Of a DNA stretch of 64,000 nt, positions 13,554-23,248 are shown piece after piece (positions within the stretch are counted from its first letter, which is position 1; each line of letters begins with the position of its first letter). The notes below the pieces were generated by a model. The model was not told the DNA's origin. It was given only the letters and a program-made list of their open reading frames with translations, and made no database searches. Where the stretch lies: NCBI GenBank assembly GCA_965228855.1, contig CBDDIJ010000002.1, forward strand, positions 2,016,001 through 2,080,000. The letters run 5' to 3'. The stretch is from Candidatus Obscuribacterales bacterium. GTDB taxonomy: Bacteria; Cyanobacteriota; Vampirovibrionia; Obscuribacterales; Obscuribacteraceae. A program made the translations under genes and the position numbers.

Positions 13554-14767
13554 ACACGTTTCAATTCCAGCATATCCTCGAAAAAATCCCAGAACGAATC
13601 ATAGAGAAGACCTTTGTCCTCGCTCTCGTCGAAGCCGTAAACTGGTGGGTCTTCGTTCTCGCCGTTAGCGATGAAATACAAATGCAGACCATCGTTGTTT
13701 TTGGCGAATACAAAAGCGCTCGGAGCCAGGTCGACAGGCGCAGCCTCTGTTCTCGTTCCAAGGTCTTTAGCTTGGTCGAAAAAGATCTCCCAGTCCTCGG
13801 CTAGAAATATTCCGGCGCCGCGTCCCATGTGCACGAGAAAGGTGATGTAACTTGAGGGCAGAATCACGCCGTGAACTCTTTCGAGTTCATCAATATCCGC
13901 CTCTGAGCAGCGTTTCAAATTCCACTTCCAAACCTTGCCGCCACTGACCAACCGCTTCATCAAATCTTCAGGTGATTCTCGAATTCTTGTTGGTCGTGCA
14001 GGGGGTGGAATGTCTTTTTTGTATGGGAGCAATAAGTCCAGAATCTCTGGCTTGTCGCTAGCGGCATCGAATGCGTTTTTTTGATAAGTATCAAACTTGT
14101 TTGGGTCGGCGCCATACGAAAGTAAGAGTTTCACAATCGAGGCAAGTCCGTGGCTACTGGCTGTGTGCAGGGCGCTTGTATCAAATATATTGACGGCGTT
14201 AGGATTCGCGCCGGCGTCCAAAAGTTTCTTTATCACTCGTTCTGCTCGCCGGCTATCATAGCCCCTAGTCGTTTCAGCTGACAGCGCCCACTGAATCATC
14301 GTGTGGAAGCATTCTGTTTTCGATTGATAATTGACATTGGCTCCGTGTGCAACGAGGACGTCTACGACCTCCTCGTTTAAGCTCTGGACAGCAAAGTCGA
14401 GTGGTATGCGTCGCTGCTTGGTGATTGCGTTGATCTCTGCTCCACTTTCTATTAGTGCTCTGGCGATATCACCTGTGGCGGCATAAAAAAGTGGTGTACT
14501 TCGATTTTCCAGGCAACGCGCGTTCACTTCTGCGCCGCACTGTATGAGGTATTGAACGCATTCTAGCGAGCCGCTACGGGCAGCATAGTGGAGCGGACGT
14601 AAACCGAACCAACCTCTGGCTTCCCGATGTCGTTTGTTCTGCTGAATTATCTTTTGCAGGTCCTTAAGGCGACCATGTTCCGCCGCGACGTGAATGTCGC
14701 GGTCTTCCAACCCTCGGTGGTCTTTCATGACGTGATACCATAAATTTTTATCCAGGAAAAGGCGCAA
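13550..14767 (-). CDS. Ankyrin-repeat protein with C-terminal SMI1/KNR4 (SUKH) domain
   Basis: Ankyrin repeats (PLHYAARSG, TPLFYA, SALHTASSHG...GADPN); SUKH motifs CSEADIDELERVHGVILPSSYITFL, EDPPVY, SFWDFF. Confidence 0.85.
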   Translation of the reverse strand: MRLFLDKNLWYHVMKDHRGLEDRDIHVAAEHGRLKDLQKIIQQNKRHREARGWFGLRPLHYAARSGSLECVQYLIQCGAEVNARCLENRSTPLFYAATGDIARALIESGAEINAITKQRRIPLDFAVQSLNEEVVDVLVAHGANVNYQSKTECFHTMIQWALSAETTRGYDSRRAERVIKKLLDAGANPNAVNIFDTSALHTASSHGLASIVKLLLSYGADPNKFDTYQKNAFDAASDKPEILDLLLPYKKDIPPPARPTRIRESPEDLMKRLVSGGKVWKWNLKRCSEADIDELERVHGVILPSSYITFLVHMGRGAGIFLAEDWEIFFDQAKDLGTRTEAAPVDLAPSAFVFAKNNDGLHLYFIANGENEDPPVYGFDESEDKGLLYDSFWDFFEDMLELKRV

Positions 14768-14814
14768 GTGAGCGAAGCGCGTGGTGCCAGGGCAATGGCG
14801 TGAAGAACCCTTTT

Positions 14815-14859
14815 AAAGCATCGAAGTTCCGCTGCATGGGGAAGCGGAACTTCGGCTTT
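14815..14859 (-). terminator. Stem-loop, probable intrinsic terminator of the MshEN-repeat gene
   Basis: Perfect 12-bp inverted repeat CGAAGTTCCGCT (14822-14833) / AGCGGAACTTCG (14843-14854), flanked by AAAGC/GCTTT, just downstream of the 14881 stop. Confidence 0.6.
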
Positions 14860-14880
14860 GCGGCTCCTTGTATAGCTGGG

Positions 14881-16029
14881 CTATGCTGCGTATTCGAGTT
14901 CTCTAACTACCTTGTCGGCGCCGAGAACGCGGAGCGCAACATCGTAAGACATCGTGCCGGATTGAATCTGGTGGACGCACATCAAAGCTTTTCTTGCTTG
15001 ATTGGCATTGATTGCGTGGTTGAGAATCAGCGCTTCTGACACGCTCATCTCGAAGTCTTTGATTTGAGCAGCCGTTTCGCGAAGGACTCCTTCGTCGAGT
15101 ACTTCTGCGGCTCTCAGCAAAGTGACAGCTTGTTCGATCACGTCGAGTTCAGCAAGGATATGCTCGAGTGATGCGTTCATGGAATTTACGAGATTAAGAA
15201 GCCGTGCGGCTCTTGCTCTGGTAAACATCGGGTTGCTGAACATTTTTTGCATCCGAACGGCGGCTTCAATCACGTTGGCACCAACGAGATTGTAGTTCTT
15301 AACCAGCTCACCAAACTGCATGTCGCGTTCTGTTCCCAGTTCTGCCAGGACCATTGAGTCTTCGTGCGAGAGCAGCTTAGCCGCGACCAGAAGTTCGCCA
15401 ACTTTCGGTGGTGGCAATGCGATACCAGCACCTCTAAGTCCGAGTGCGGAGAGAAGACCTTCAAATGTCTCACCATCTCTGACGATGTATTGAACCGCCT
15501 TGACTGCGTCGAAGAATGTGAGATGTTTATCGCGGAGAAGAATTTGAATGTTGATGCAAGTAGTAAGTGTTTTTTCCGAAATGTGATTGAGGTGAACAAG
15601 CGAGGTGCCAAGCGGGTAGCCGGTTTGCTCAGCGTAGCGCATTGCTTGCTTCAATTGATCTTCTTGAACGATGCTTGCTGCCAGGAGCAATTTACCGAGG
15701 CGGCTGAGTTGTCCAAGGTCGCGGCTGATGCCGTTCAACCGATAGGCTTCTTCGATGCTGCACTGATGAACGTGAGCGAAACGCAGCAGTTCTTTCGCCA
15801 TTTGAACTTCGATTGAACCGCTACGAATCGAGCGTTGCGCTTGTACTGCGCATTCGACATCGTGGTCGCTAACGTGACCTGACATGACCAGGACGCGCCC
15901 GATTGGAAGACTCATTCTTTTGGCGAGAAGAAGGCTGTTGTTCAAAATGACTGGTGAGATGATTCCGGCTTCGAGGAAAAGCTCGCCGAGGAGGTAGAGA
16001 GGGGTTCGATTTCGAGTGGACACAAACAT
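14881..16029 (-). CDS. Protein built from about three MshEN-like (putative c-di-GMP-binding) domains
   Basis: Repeated motif pairs LLGELFLEAGII / PIGRVLVMSGHV..Q, RLGKLLLAASIV / PLGTSLVHLNHI..Q, KVGELLVAAKLL / QFGELVKNYNLV..Q. SD (GGAG) upstream. Confidence 0.7.
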   Translation of the reverse strand: MFVSTRNRTPLYLLGELFLEAGIISPVILNNSLLLAKRMSLPIGRVLVMSGHVSDHDVECAVQAQRSIRSGSIEVQMAKELLRFAHVHQCSIEEAYRLNGISRDLGQLSRLGKLLLAASIVQEDQLKQAMRYAEQTGYPLGTSLVHLNHISEKTLTTCINIQILLRDKHLTFFDAVKAVQYIVRDGETFEGLLSALGLRGAGIALPPPKVGELLVAAKLLSHEDSMVLAELGTERDMQFGELVKNYNLVGANVIEAAVRMQKMFSNPMFTRARAARLLNLVNSMNASLEHILAELDVIEQAVTLLRAAEVLDEGVLRETAAQIKDFEMSVSEALILNHAINANQARKALMCVHQIQSGTMSYDVALRVLGADKVVRELEYAA

Positions 16030-16344
16030 CAGGAAATCTCCATAGTAAAACTGCGCCGCGAGAGCAGAAGGCTCTCAGAACGTAAACTCGCTGGGTTGTT
16101 AGTAAAAGGTAACCGCTTATGTCCCTATAGTATGGGAGCGAAGTTGAAAAGGGAATTCGCGAAAAACATATAGCAAAAGTGCGTATAAAACGATGGAGAC
16201 GTTCATGAGAAGCCGAGCTTCACTAGTTTTGTCCGAAGATTAAACGTGGATATCGCCAAATATCGGGAAATTCTTCACGTTCAATTCACGAAAAGTGCTT
16301 ATGGTCGGGTTTCGGATTTCTTTCAGATGAAGGAGCTCGATGCG

Positions 16345-18249
16345 CTAGAACTGTGATAAACGAACATCTGGCCGCTGGTCTGCGAACCGCTTCAGCTCTT
16401 CCGGCTTCAAGTGGTCGACCAACAGCAATCTGAGTTTGGACATCTTCGTCAGTTTCATCAAACCGTCGCTGGTGATTCGGGGATTATTCGTGATGTTCAA
16501 TACGATAAGGTTCCGAATGCCGGTAATTGAGTCAAGGTCAGCATCAGAAAGCTTAAGACCGGCAAGATCTAGCCCTTCCAGTCTCACGCTTTTCAGCTTC
16601 TTGAGGTTCTTATGCTCGGTGCTGGTGTACGGCAGAGCTATGCTCGTGTAAACGAGTGACCTGGACAGCGAATCAAGACACGAGCCTTTTATCTTACTGC
16701 AGAATTTCAGGGATATAGTGCTAATCTCCGGGCACGTGCTCAGAGACTTTATTGTTTCGTCCGTGACAGCAGTGTTGTCCAGGTGTATGTATGTCAGGTG
16801 CGGCAGGTTCTCCAGATTACGAATTCCGGCGTCTGTGACACGCGTTTTTACGAGATAGATTTCTTTGAGGGAGCCCTCGTCTCGAAGCGACTCAAGTCCC
16901 TTGTCGGTGATTAAGGTGCCGTTCAGACGAAGACCACCGATAGGAATGAAATCAATTGATCTTAGATCATCATCATTCAATCCGGTGTCATTGGCGTCTA
17001 TATACATAGGTAAGAGATTCATCTGCTTATATTCAAGTAGAGCCGTCTTTCGCAGCTCCTGGAATTTTTGCCGCCAATCCGGTCCCTGTATGGATTTCCA
17101 AGTAGCGCCCTCGTTGAAAGCTCGATCTATGCTTGGATCATCTTTATAGGTGGTAACTACCTTGTTTCCATCTTGGATTTTAAAATCTTCGGGTTTCGTG
17201 AGAGAGTTACTTACGAACCAACCGAACAATGCTAAGCCAATTATTGACACGAGGCTCATCCACAGGATCAGAGATCTCGAGGAAGTTTCAGGTACCGAGA
17301 CCGGAGTAATAGACTCCAGAAAAGCATTAGAGGGTCTGTAAATGCCACTGTTTTCAATTTCTGCCTGGTCATTTGTAAATAGACTCGAACGATAATTCAT
17401 GAGGTCCGTTCGAAGAGCGCCTACCGTTTGATAGCGCTTGTCCGCGTTCTTCTGAAGGCACCTGGCAATAATATCTTCGAGCTCATCTGAAAACGTTTTC
17501 TCCTGAGTCTTGTCAGATAGTTTTGGAACTGGTGAGTTGACGTGCATGAGGAGCGTTTGCGGAATGGTTTCGCCGAGGAACGGCGGTTCGCCCGTTAGCA
17601 TCTCGAACATCAAGCAACCCAAGCTGTAGATGTCCGATCGTTCATCCACAATTTGCCCGTTAGCCTGTTCTGGGCTCATGTACGGTGGACTTCCAATACC
17701 GACGCCTGTCTTGGTTAGGTGTTGATCTTCTGATAACAGTTTGGCCAGTCCGAAATCGGTGATGACCGGCTTTAAGTCACCACTAGCGGTGCGTTCCATG
17801 AATACGTTAGATGGCTTGATGTCTCGATGCAGAATGTCGCGCCCATGAGCATGAGCCAGTCCATCGCATAGCTGGATGAACGTCGACAGCGCCTCGTCCA
17901 GCGAAATCACTTCGCATGAAGCTATTAAGTCAGCGAGGTTCTCTCCGGAGAGCAATTCCAAAACAATATAAAGTTCGTTGGAGTCGGATTGCCCGAAATC
18001 GAGAATGGTCAGAATATTCGGGTGCTTCATCTTCGCAAGAGCGATAGCTTCTTTGTGAAAACGGACAGCGTCCTTCGAAGAGATATTCCAGCTTAGAATT
18101 TTAACAGCGACGTCTCTGAGAAGCTGATTGTCTCGGCATCTCAAAACAACACCCATTCCACCCCTGCCCAGTTCACCGAGCGTTTCATAGCGTTCGTGTT
18201 TAAAACTAGAGTTTTGATTCTGCACTGTTGCTTGCCTTTGATGCGTCAT
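16345..18249 (-). CDS. Hanks-type Ser/Thr protein kinase - TM - leucine-rich repeats
   Basis: GRGGMGVV, VAVK, HRDIKPSN, DFGLAK, GSPPYMSPE, DIYSLG; TM (LILWMSLVSIIGLALFGWFV); LRRs (LxxTxITDxGLxxL). Start placed at ATG 18249. Confidence 0.92.
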   Translation of the reverse strand: MTHQRQATVQNQNSSFKHERYETLGELGRGGMGVVLRCRDNQLLRDVAVKILSWNISSKDAVRFHKEAIALAKMKHPNILTILDFGQSDSNELYIVLELLSGENLADLIASCEVISLDEALSTFIQLCDGLAHAHGRDILHRDIKPSNVFMERTASGDLKPVITDFGLAKLLSEDQHLTKTGVGIGSPPYMSPEQANGQIVDERSDIYSLGCLMFEMLTGEPPFLGETIPQTLLMHVNSPVPKLSDKTQEKTFSDELEDIIARCLQKNADKRYQTVGALRTDLMNYRSSLFTNDQAEIENSGIYRPSNAFLESITPVSVPETSSRSLILWMSLVSIIGLALFGWFVSNSLTKPEDFKIQDGNKVVTTYKDDPSIDRAFNEGATWKSIQGPDWRQKFQELRKTALLEYKQMNLLPMYIDANDTGLNDDDLRSIDFIPIGGLRLNGTLITDKGLESLRDEGSLKEIYLVKTRVTDAGIRNLENLPHLTYIHLDNTAVTDETIKSLSTCPEISTISLKFCSKIKGSCLDSLSRSLVYTSIALPYTSTEHKNLKKLKSVRLEGLDLAGLKLSDADLDSITGIRNLIVLNITNNPRITSDGLMKLTKMSKLRLLLVDHLKPEELKRFADQRPDVRLSQF

Positions 18250-20398
18250 TTTGCTGAGGCTCGAACATCTTGGTCGGATCTGTCGATGTGGGGAATGCGG
18301 GTATTTTTGACGCGTCCGCTTCATCTGTTGGGAAGACGGTTGGTACTTTTGTTTTATCCGCTGTCGTTTGCTTCCTCAGATGTGAGGCATAAACTACCGC
18401 AGGTGGAAAAGTGTGAGCAATGTGAAATCGTTCGATACCATCGGCGGTGACTTTCTCGCAGCCGTTTAAATACAGATTGACCAGATGTTTAATCTTTGCC
18501 GTTGCGAGTACGCCCTTATCGGTGATGTTGGGGTTGCGATTGAGAATTAGAGTTTCCAGTCTTGGAATGCGGATGGCTACGATGTTTTCAATATCTTCAT
18601 CAGTCAGATTCAAATTGGAAAGATCTAGATTTGGGATTTCGACACTTTTCAGGTTTTCCAAGTTCGGAAGTCTCACCCCCGCGCCTCGCAAGCTCAGGTG
18701 AAACAGATCAGAGTTGTTATGCAAAAGTCCCAGAGTTGAGCCGTGGAAGTTTTTGCAGTTGTCCAGTTTCAAAAAGGAGAGCTTGCCGCAGGCTGATAGC
18801 GGTTTCAACGCGGCGTCTGTAACGGCAGTCCCTGACAGAGTAAGCATCTCCAGCTTTCTGAGATTTGCCAGGTGTTGTATTCCCGCATCCGTGATGTTGG
18901 TTCGGTCAAGATAAAGTTCTACCAGCGTAGAATTTTTTCCAAGTTCAGCGAGCCCCTTATCCGTGATTTTGGTGCCCGCCAATTTTAGTCCGCGAATTGG
19001 AATGCCTTCGAGCATTTTCAAATCTTCGTCAACTACGTCGCTGCCCGACAGATTGAGCCAATTCGGAATCATGTCGCTGCCTAGTAGTTTCGATGCCGTT
19101 TTCGAGCGGTCTGCTATCATTTTCAAACCTTCGGTCGCGTTCGTTCCCACTTCAATCCAGATAGTGTTGTCGCGCAATCGACCAGGTTCATTCCTTGTTC
19201 TGTTCTGCGCAAATTTCATGTGGAACATATCGTCTTCAACATCTTCGTCAGATGTTGTAGGTGCGGGATTAGTCAAATTCGCGCTTGCCTGTGGCTCCGT
19301 CATTGCCCATGTGTAAACGGATGGCGTGTATTTGAGCTCAAATTTTGCCGGCTTAGACTTGTATAGAGCGAGCGCACCAAGCACGCCAATGACGAGAACG
19401 ACCATGCCGATAGCAAGGGTGAATTTCTTTTCCTGCGAGGGGCGTACCAAGTTTTGATACCCGCTAATTATGAACGCTCCGGTTCTCAAAAATGATTTTG
19501 CCGGCGAGTAAACACCCGAGTCACCGGAGTCAAAGGTTACGTTTACAATCGAGTCTCTGAGCGACTTCAGGTCTGTTCGCAGGTCACGAACCTTTTGATA
19601 ACGAGCGCCGGGATCCTTAGCGAGGCATTTCTGAATAATTCGATCTATCTCTGGTGGAAAGTTCCGGTCCGGGCACAAATGGCTCAGTGTAGGCGGTTCC
19701 TCTTTGATATGCTGCATCATCAAGGCTGGTATCGAATCTGAATTGAACGGACGCTGACCGCTCAGTACTTCCATCATCAGGCAGCCAAGACTGTAAATAT
19801 CGGAGCGCTGATCGACAGCTTTGCCTGCGCATTGCTCGGGGCTCATGTATGGCGGGCTGCCCATTGCGATGTTTGTTTTGGTCTGGAACTGATCGTCGGT
19901 GAGCAGCTTCGCGAGTCCGAAGTCGGTTATCGTAACTTTGAATTCGCCGGCTTCGTAGCGAGCGACGAACACATTCGACGGTTTGATATCCCGATGCAAA
20001 ATATTTTTTCCATGCGCATGCGACAGTCCATCGCAAATTTGCATGAAGATATCGAGCGCATCTTCAAAAGGCGGATTTTTATCCGCATCGAGTAGCTCTG
20101 AAATACTTCGCCCGGTGAGCAGGTCCATAACAAGGAAGAGCGAGTCATCGTCGGAATGTCCGAAGTGTTGGACGCCGAGAATGTTGGGATGCTGCAGGCG
20201 TGCCAGCGCCTTGGCCTCTTTGTGAAACCGGATTACATCCTCGTTGGACATGTTCCAAGCAATTACTTTGACTGCAACATCTTTAAGCAGTTTGCGGTCG
20301 CGGCATCGGTATACGATACCCATGCCACCACGTCCGATTTCCTCAAGCACCATGTACTGCTCGTGGCTGAAAGATATATTGCTGAAAGGTGAAGACAC
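18206..20398 (-). CDS. Hanks-type Ser/Thr protein kinase - TM - leucine-rich repeats (paralog)
   Basis: Same kinase motifs; TM (FTLAIGMVVLVIGVLGALALY); multiple LRRs. Start placed at GTG 20398 because the ATG at 20494 lies inside a terminator hairpin, upstream of a candidate promoter. Confidence 0.9.
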   Translation of the reverse strand: MSSPFSNISFSHEQYMVLEEIGRGGMGIVYRCRDRKLLKDVAVKVIAWNMSNEDVIRFHKEAKALARLQHPNILGVQHFGHSDDDSLFLVMDLLTGRSISELLDADKNPPFEDALDIFMQICDGLSHAHGKNILHRDIKPSNVFVARYEAGEFKVTITDFGLAKLLTDDQFQTKTNIAMGSPPYMSPEQCAGKAVDQRSDIYSLGCLMMEVLSGQRPFNSDSIPALMMQHIKEEPPTLSHLCPDRNFPPEIDRIIQKCLAKDPGARYQKVRDLRTDLKSLRDSIVNVTFDSGDSGVYSPAKSFLRTGAFIISGYQNLVRPSQEKKFTLAIGMVVLVIGVLGALALYKSKPAKFELKYTPSVYTWAMTEPQASANLTNPAPTTSDEDVEDDMFHMKFAQNRTRNEPGRLRDNTIWIEVGTNATEGLKMIADRSKTASKLLGSDMIPNWLNLSGSDVVDEDLKMLEGIPIRGLKLAGTKITDKGLAELGKNSTLVELYLDRTNITDAGIQHLANLRKLEMLTLSGTAVTDAALKPLSACGKLSFLKLDNCKNFHGSTLGLLHNNSDLFHLSLRGAGVRLPNLENLKSVEIPNLDLSNLNLTDEDIENIVAIRIPRLETLILNRNPNITDKGVLATAKIKHLVNLYLNGCEKVTADGIERFHIAHTFPPAVVYASHLRKQTTADKTKVPTVFPTDEADASKIPAFPTSTDPTKMFEPQQNDASKASNSAESKL

Positions 20399-20438
20399 TC
20401 TGAGCTCTGAACGTTCTGCTGACTCTGCGGCAAGCTCC

Positions 20439-20447
20439 AGTATAACA
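20439..20447 (-). promoter_or_regulatory. Extended -10 promoter element for the kinase-LRR pair
   Basis: Minus strand reads TGtTATACT, about 40 nt upstream of GTG 20398. Confidence 0.45.
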
Positions 20448-20473
20448 GCGACGTCAAGAAAGGAAAGGTTCGC

Positions 20474-20507
20474 AAGCAACAAAGCCAGCCGCATGCTGTG
20501 GCTGGCT
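20474..20507 (-). terminator. Intrinsic terminator of the paa-like operon
   Basis: 8-bp stem AGCCAGCC (20483-20490) / GGCTGGCT (20500-20507), followed on the minus strand by TTGTTGCTT, about 30 nt after the 20535 stop. Confidence 0.6.
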
Positions 20508-20534
20508 CAATTGGTTGGAGAACCGGGTGTCGCC

Positions 20535-21329
20535 CTATTTACCTGTGTATGCCGGAGTGCGCTTTTCTACAAACGCTTTCACGCCTTCGGCAAAATCATC
20601 GGAGCGTCCAGCGATCTCCTGCAGGTTTGCTTCGTATTCGAGCAGTTCTTCGAGGTCGTGGAACAACGCGCGGTTGACGGCTCTCTTTGTCAAACCGAAC
20701 GCCTTGGTCGGGCCGGCTGCTAGCTTCTCGGCAAGCGCCATCGTTTCCTTCATCACCTCTGCTTCTGGAACGACTTTGTTGACGAGGTTGAGCTTCAACG
20801 CCTCAGACGCGGGAAGTTTTTCAGCGGACAGCATTAGCTCGAAAGCCTTAGTCGCGCCGATCAAACGGGGAAGCATGAACGTGGAGCCCGAGTCCGGAAC
20901 GAGACCGACTTTCGTGAACGATTGAATGAAAGAAGCGTTTTCTGATACCACGCGGTAGTCGCAGGCGAAAGCGAGGCTTGCACCTGCACCAGCTGCGACA
21001 CCATTTACGGCAGCTATAATCGGTTTTTCCATGCGACGCAGTTTGATTACGATCGGATTGTAGCGGCGTCTGATTGAATCTCCAAGTGACGGACGTTCGG
21101 CGTCTTCACTGGCGATTCTGCTTTGCAGATCTTGTCCAGAGCAGAAACCACGACCAGCTCCGGTGAGAACAATGACGCGCACGTCTTTGTCTTTTTCCAT
21201 CTCCTTCAGTGCATCTTGGAGACGAAACGAGAGTTCGTCGTTAAATGCGTTCAACTTGTCCGGGCGGTTCAACGTGATTACTCCGATGTTGCCCTTTTTC
21301 TCAGTAAGGAGAATTTGTTCTTCGCTCAT
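20535..21329 (-). CDS. paaG: Enoyl-CoA hydratase/isomerase, PaaG-like (epoxyphenylacetyl-CoA isomerase)
   Basis: LNRPDKLNAF, GRGFCSGQDL, YNPIV, NGVAAGAGASLAFACD, FIQSFTKVGLVPDSG, DFAEGVKAF; clustered with paaK. Confidence 0.75.
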   Translation of the reverse strand: MSEEQILLTEKKGNIGVITLNRPDKLNAFNDELSFRLQDALKEMEKDKDVRVIVLTGAGRGFCSGQDLQSRIASEDAERPSLGDSIRRRYNPIVIKLRRMEKPIIAAVNGVAAGAGASLAFACDYRVVSENASFIQSFTKVGLVPDSGSTFMLPRLIGATKAFELMLSAEKLPASEALKLNLVNKVVPEAEVMKETMALAEKLAAGPTKAFGLTKRAVNRALFHDLEELLEYEANLQEIAGRSDDFAEGVKAFVEKRTPAYTGK

Positions 21330-21386
21330 CTCATTCCTCTTTATTTGGTTGCTGATGATTTGTCGTGTTTTGTCGATTTTTTGTGT

Positions 21387-22169
21387 CTAACGACCAGAGA
21401 AAGTTGGTTTGCGTTTCTCTAAGAACGCCTTCATCCCTTCCTTTTGATCTTCTGATGAGAAGAGCATGTAGAAATTCTTTCGCTCAAACTCAAGACCTTC
21501 ACTCATCGACATTTCATATGTTTTGAGAACCGCTTCTTTTGCGAGTTTCAATGCGATAGGTGATTTCTTGGCGATTTCGTGAGCGAGTTTTTTCGCTTCT
21601 TCCAGATAGAGTTCGACAGGGACGACTTTAACAACGAGCCCGTAGTGATAGGCTTCTTGAGCGGTCATCGGGCGCCCGGTCAGAATCATTTCCATGGCTT
21701 TGTGCTTGCCGACAACTCTGGTTAAGCGCTGGGTTCCACCAGCACCAGGGATGACACCAATGTTGATTTCCGGCTGACCGAATTGCGCGGTTTCAGAAGC
21801 AACGATAATGTCGCAGGTCATCATCAATTCACAACCGCCACCGAGGGCGAAACCGCTTACTGCAGCGATAATCGGTTTTTTGATCTTGCGAACTTTATCC
21901 CAGGTCGCGAATCTGTCCTTGAGCATGATGCTGACGGTCGTTTCTTCCGACATCTCGCCGATGTCGGCGCCAGCTGCGAATGCGCGTTCGCTGCCTGTGA
22001 GAACCATGACGCGAACGCTGTCGTCTGCATCGAAAGCTTCAAGGGCTTGAACGAGTTCGTCCATTAGTTCGTGGCTTAACGCGTTTAGAACTTTTGGACG
22101 GTTGAGAGTGACGATACCGACCGGTCCGTCTTGCTCAACCAGAATGTTTTTGTAATTCGCTTCTTTCAT
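21387..22169 (-). CDS. paaF: Enoyl-CoA hydratase, PaaF-like
   Basis: LNRPKVLNAL, AFAAGADI, GFALGGGCEL, FGQPEINIGVIPGAGGTQRL, EDQKEGM. Start chosen at ATG 22169 with SD GGGAG; an alternative ATG is at 22205. Confidence 0.75.
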   Translation of the reverse strand: MKEANYKNILVEQDGPVGIVTLNRPKVLNALSHELMDELVQALEAFDADDSVRVMVLTGSERAFAAGADIGEMSEETTVSIMLKDRFATWDKVRKIKKPIIAAVSGFALGGGCELMMTCDIIVASETAQFGQPEINIGVIPGAGGTQRLTRVVGKHKAMEMILTGRPMTAQEAYHYGLVVKVVPVELYLEEAKKLAHEIAKKSPIALKLAKEAVLKTYEMSMSEGLEFERKNFYMLFSSEDQKEGMKAFLEKRKPTFSGR

Positions 22170-22234
22170 TGTCGTCTCCCTAACGAGTTCTTTCACATTG
22201 CTCATATTTGCGGACCTTTCTAAACTGAATACTT

Positions 22235-23206
22235 TTACTGAAACTGTTTCCCGCATTCGCAGCAGAATTTGAATGCTTGTGCATTCGGCGTGCTGCATTC
22301 GGGGCAGGGTTTCGAGCCTGCTGCCGGACTGAGGTTACCTGTAGGACCTGCTGCTTTGCAGCGAATCTTGTCGTAATCCATGTCGGTCTTTTTGCGGAAT
22401 GAATCCAAGCCTTGTGCAGTTTCGAACGAACCGGCATGCAGCGATAACCAGTCACGAGCGTGACCGATTGTCATGGACCAGGAGAAGTCTCTCCAGAAAT
22501 TGAGTTGTTGTTTTGTGTATCGCGAGCATTCAGGAAGTTTGTGGTACAACTTCGATGCCAGTTGCTCAACGGCTTCATCAAGCATGGAGTAAGGCACTAC
22601 CTGGTTTACAAGCCCCCAGTCAAGCGCTGTGTATGCGTCGATTGGTTCGCAGAGCAACAGCATTTCGCGAGCCCGGCGGTCGCCTATTATGAGAGGCAGC
22701 CATTGAGTCGCGCCACCGGCGGCGACACTACCGCGCGCTGCGCCTACCTGTTTAATAGTCACATGGTCCGCAGCTATGGCAAGATCACAAGCCATGTTGA
22801 GTTCATTTCCACCACCAACCACCATGCCGTTCAAGCGCGCAATCGTTGGTTTGCCGATATTGCGCAGCCGATCGTGCATCTCGATAAACTGATACATCCA
22901 TTTGTAGTAGTCGTTTGGTTTCTTAAGGATCGGATCCTCTTGTTCTTTTAAATCAGCACCGGTGCAGAATGCTTTATCGCCGACGCCGGTTACGACAACG
23001 ACTGCTATGGCGTCGTCACGGGAGGCGTCGAGAAATGCATTGGACAGTTCTAGAAGTGTGAGTTGGTCGAAACAGTTCAAAACATCAGGCCGATTTATTG
23101 CAACTGTGGCGATGAAGTTCTTCTTCGAGTAGACGATGCGTTTGAAGTTGAACAACTCCGGCGAAATGCCGGTCAGCATCGCATGTTCTTGTGTACTTTG
23201 CGCCAT
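22235..23206 (-). CDS. Crotonase-family hydrolase resembling 6-oxocyclohex-1-ene-carbonyl-CoA hydrolase (Oah/BamA), with C-terminal zinc ribbon
   Basis: GDKAFCTG, PNDYYKWMYQF, NGMVVGGGNELNMACD, GAARGSVAAGGATQWLPLIIG, LCEPIDA; tail CPEC...CCECG. Confidence 0.7.
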   Translation of the reverse strand: MAQSTQEHAMLTGISPELFNFKRIVYSKKNFIATVAINRPDVLNCFDQLTLLELSNAFLDASRDDAIAVVVVTGVGDKAFCTGADLKEQEDPILKKPNDYYKWMYQFIEMHDRLRNIGKPTIARLNGMVVGGGNELNMACDLAIAADHVTIKQVGAARGSVAAGGATQWLPLIIGDRRAREMLLLCEPIDAYTALDWGLVNQVVPYSMLDEAVEQLASKLYHKLPECSRYTKQQLNFWRDFSWSMTIGHARDWLSLHAGSFETAQGLDSFRKKTDMDYDKIRCKAAGPTGNLSPAAGSKPCPECSTPNAQAFKFCCECGKQFQ

Positions 23207-23248
23207 GTTTTTTCTCCGGTCAGGTCGGAATTAATGGTCCAGAATCTC

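Noticed and set aside
20399..20494. Longer N-terminus of the kinase starting at ATG 20494
   Set aside because: That ATG lies in the loop of the paa operon terminator and upstream of an extended -10 element; GTG 20398 fits the paralog length better.
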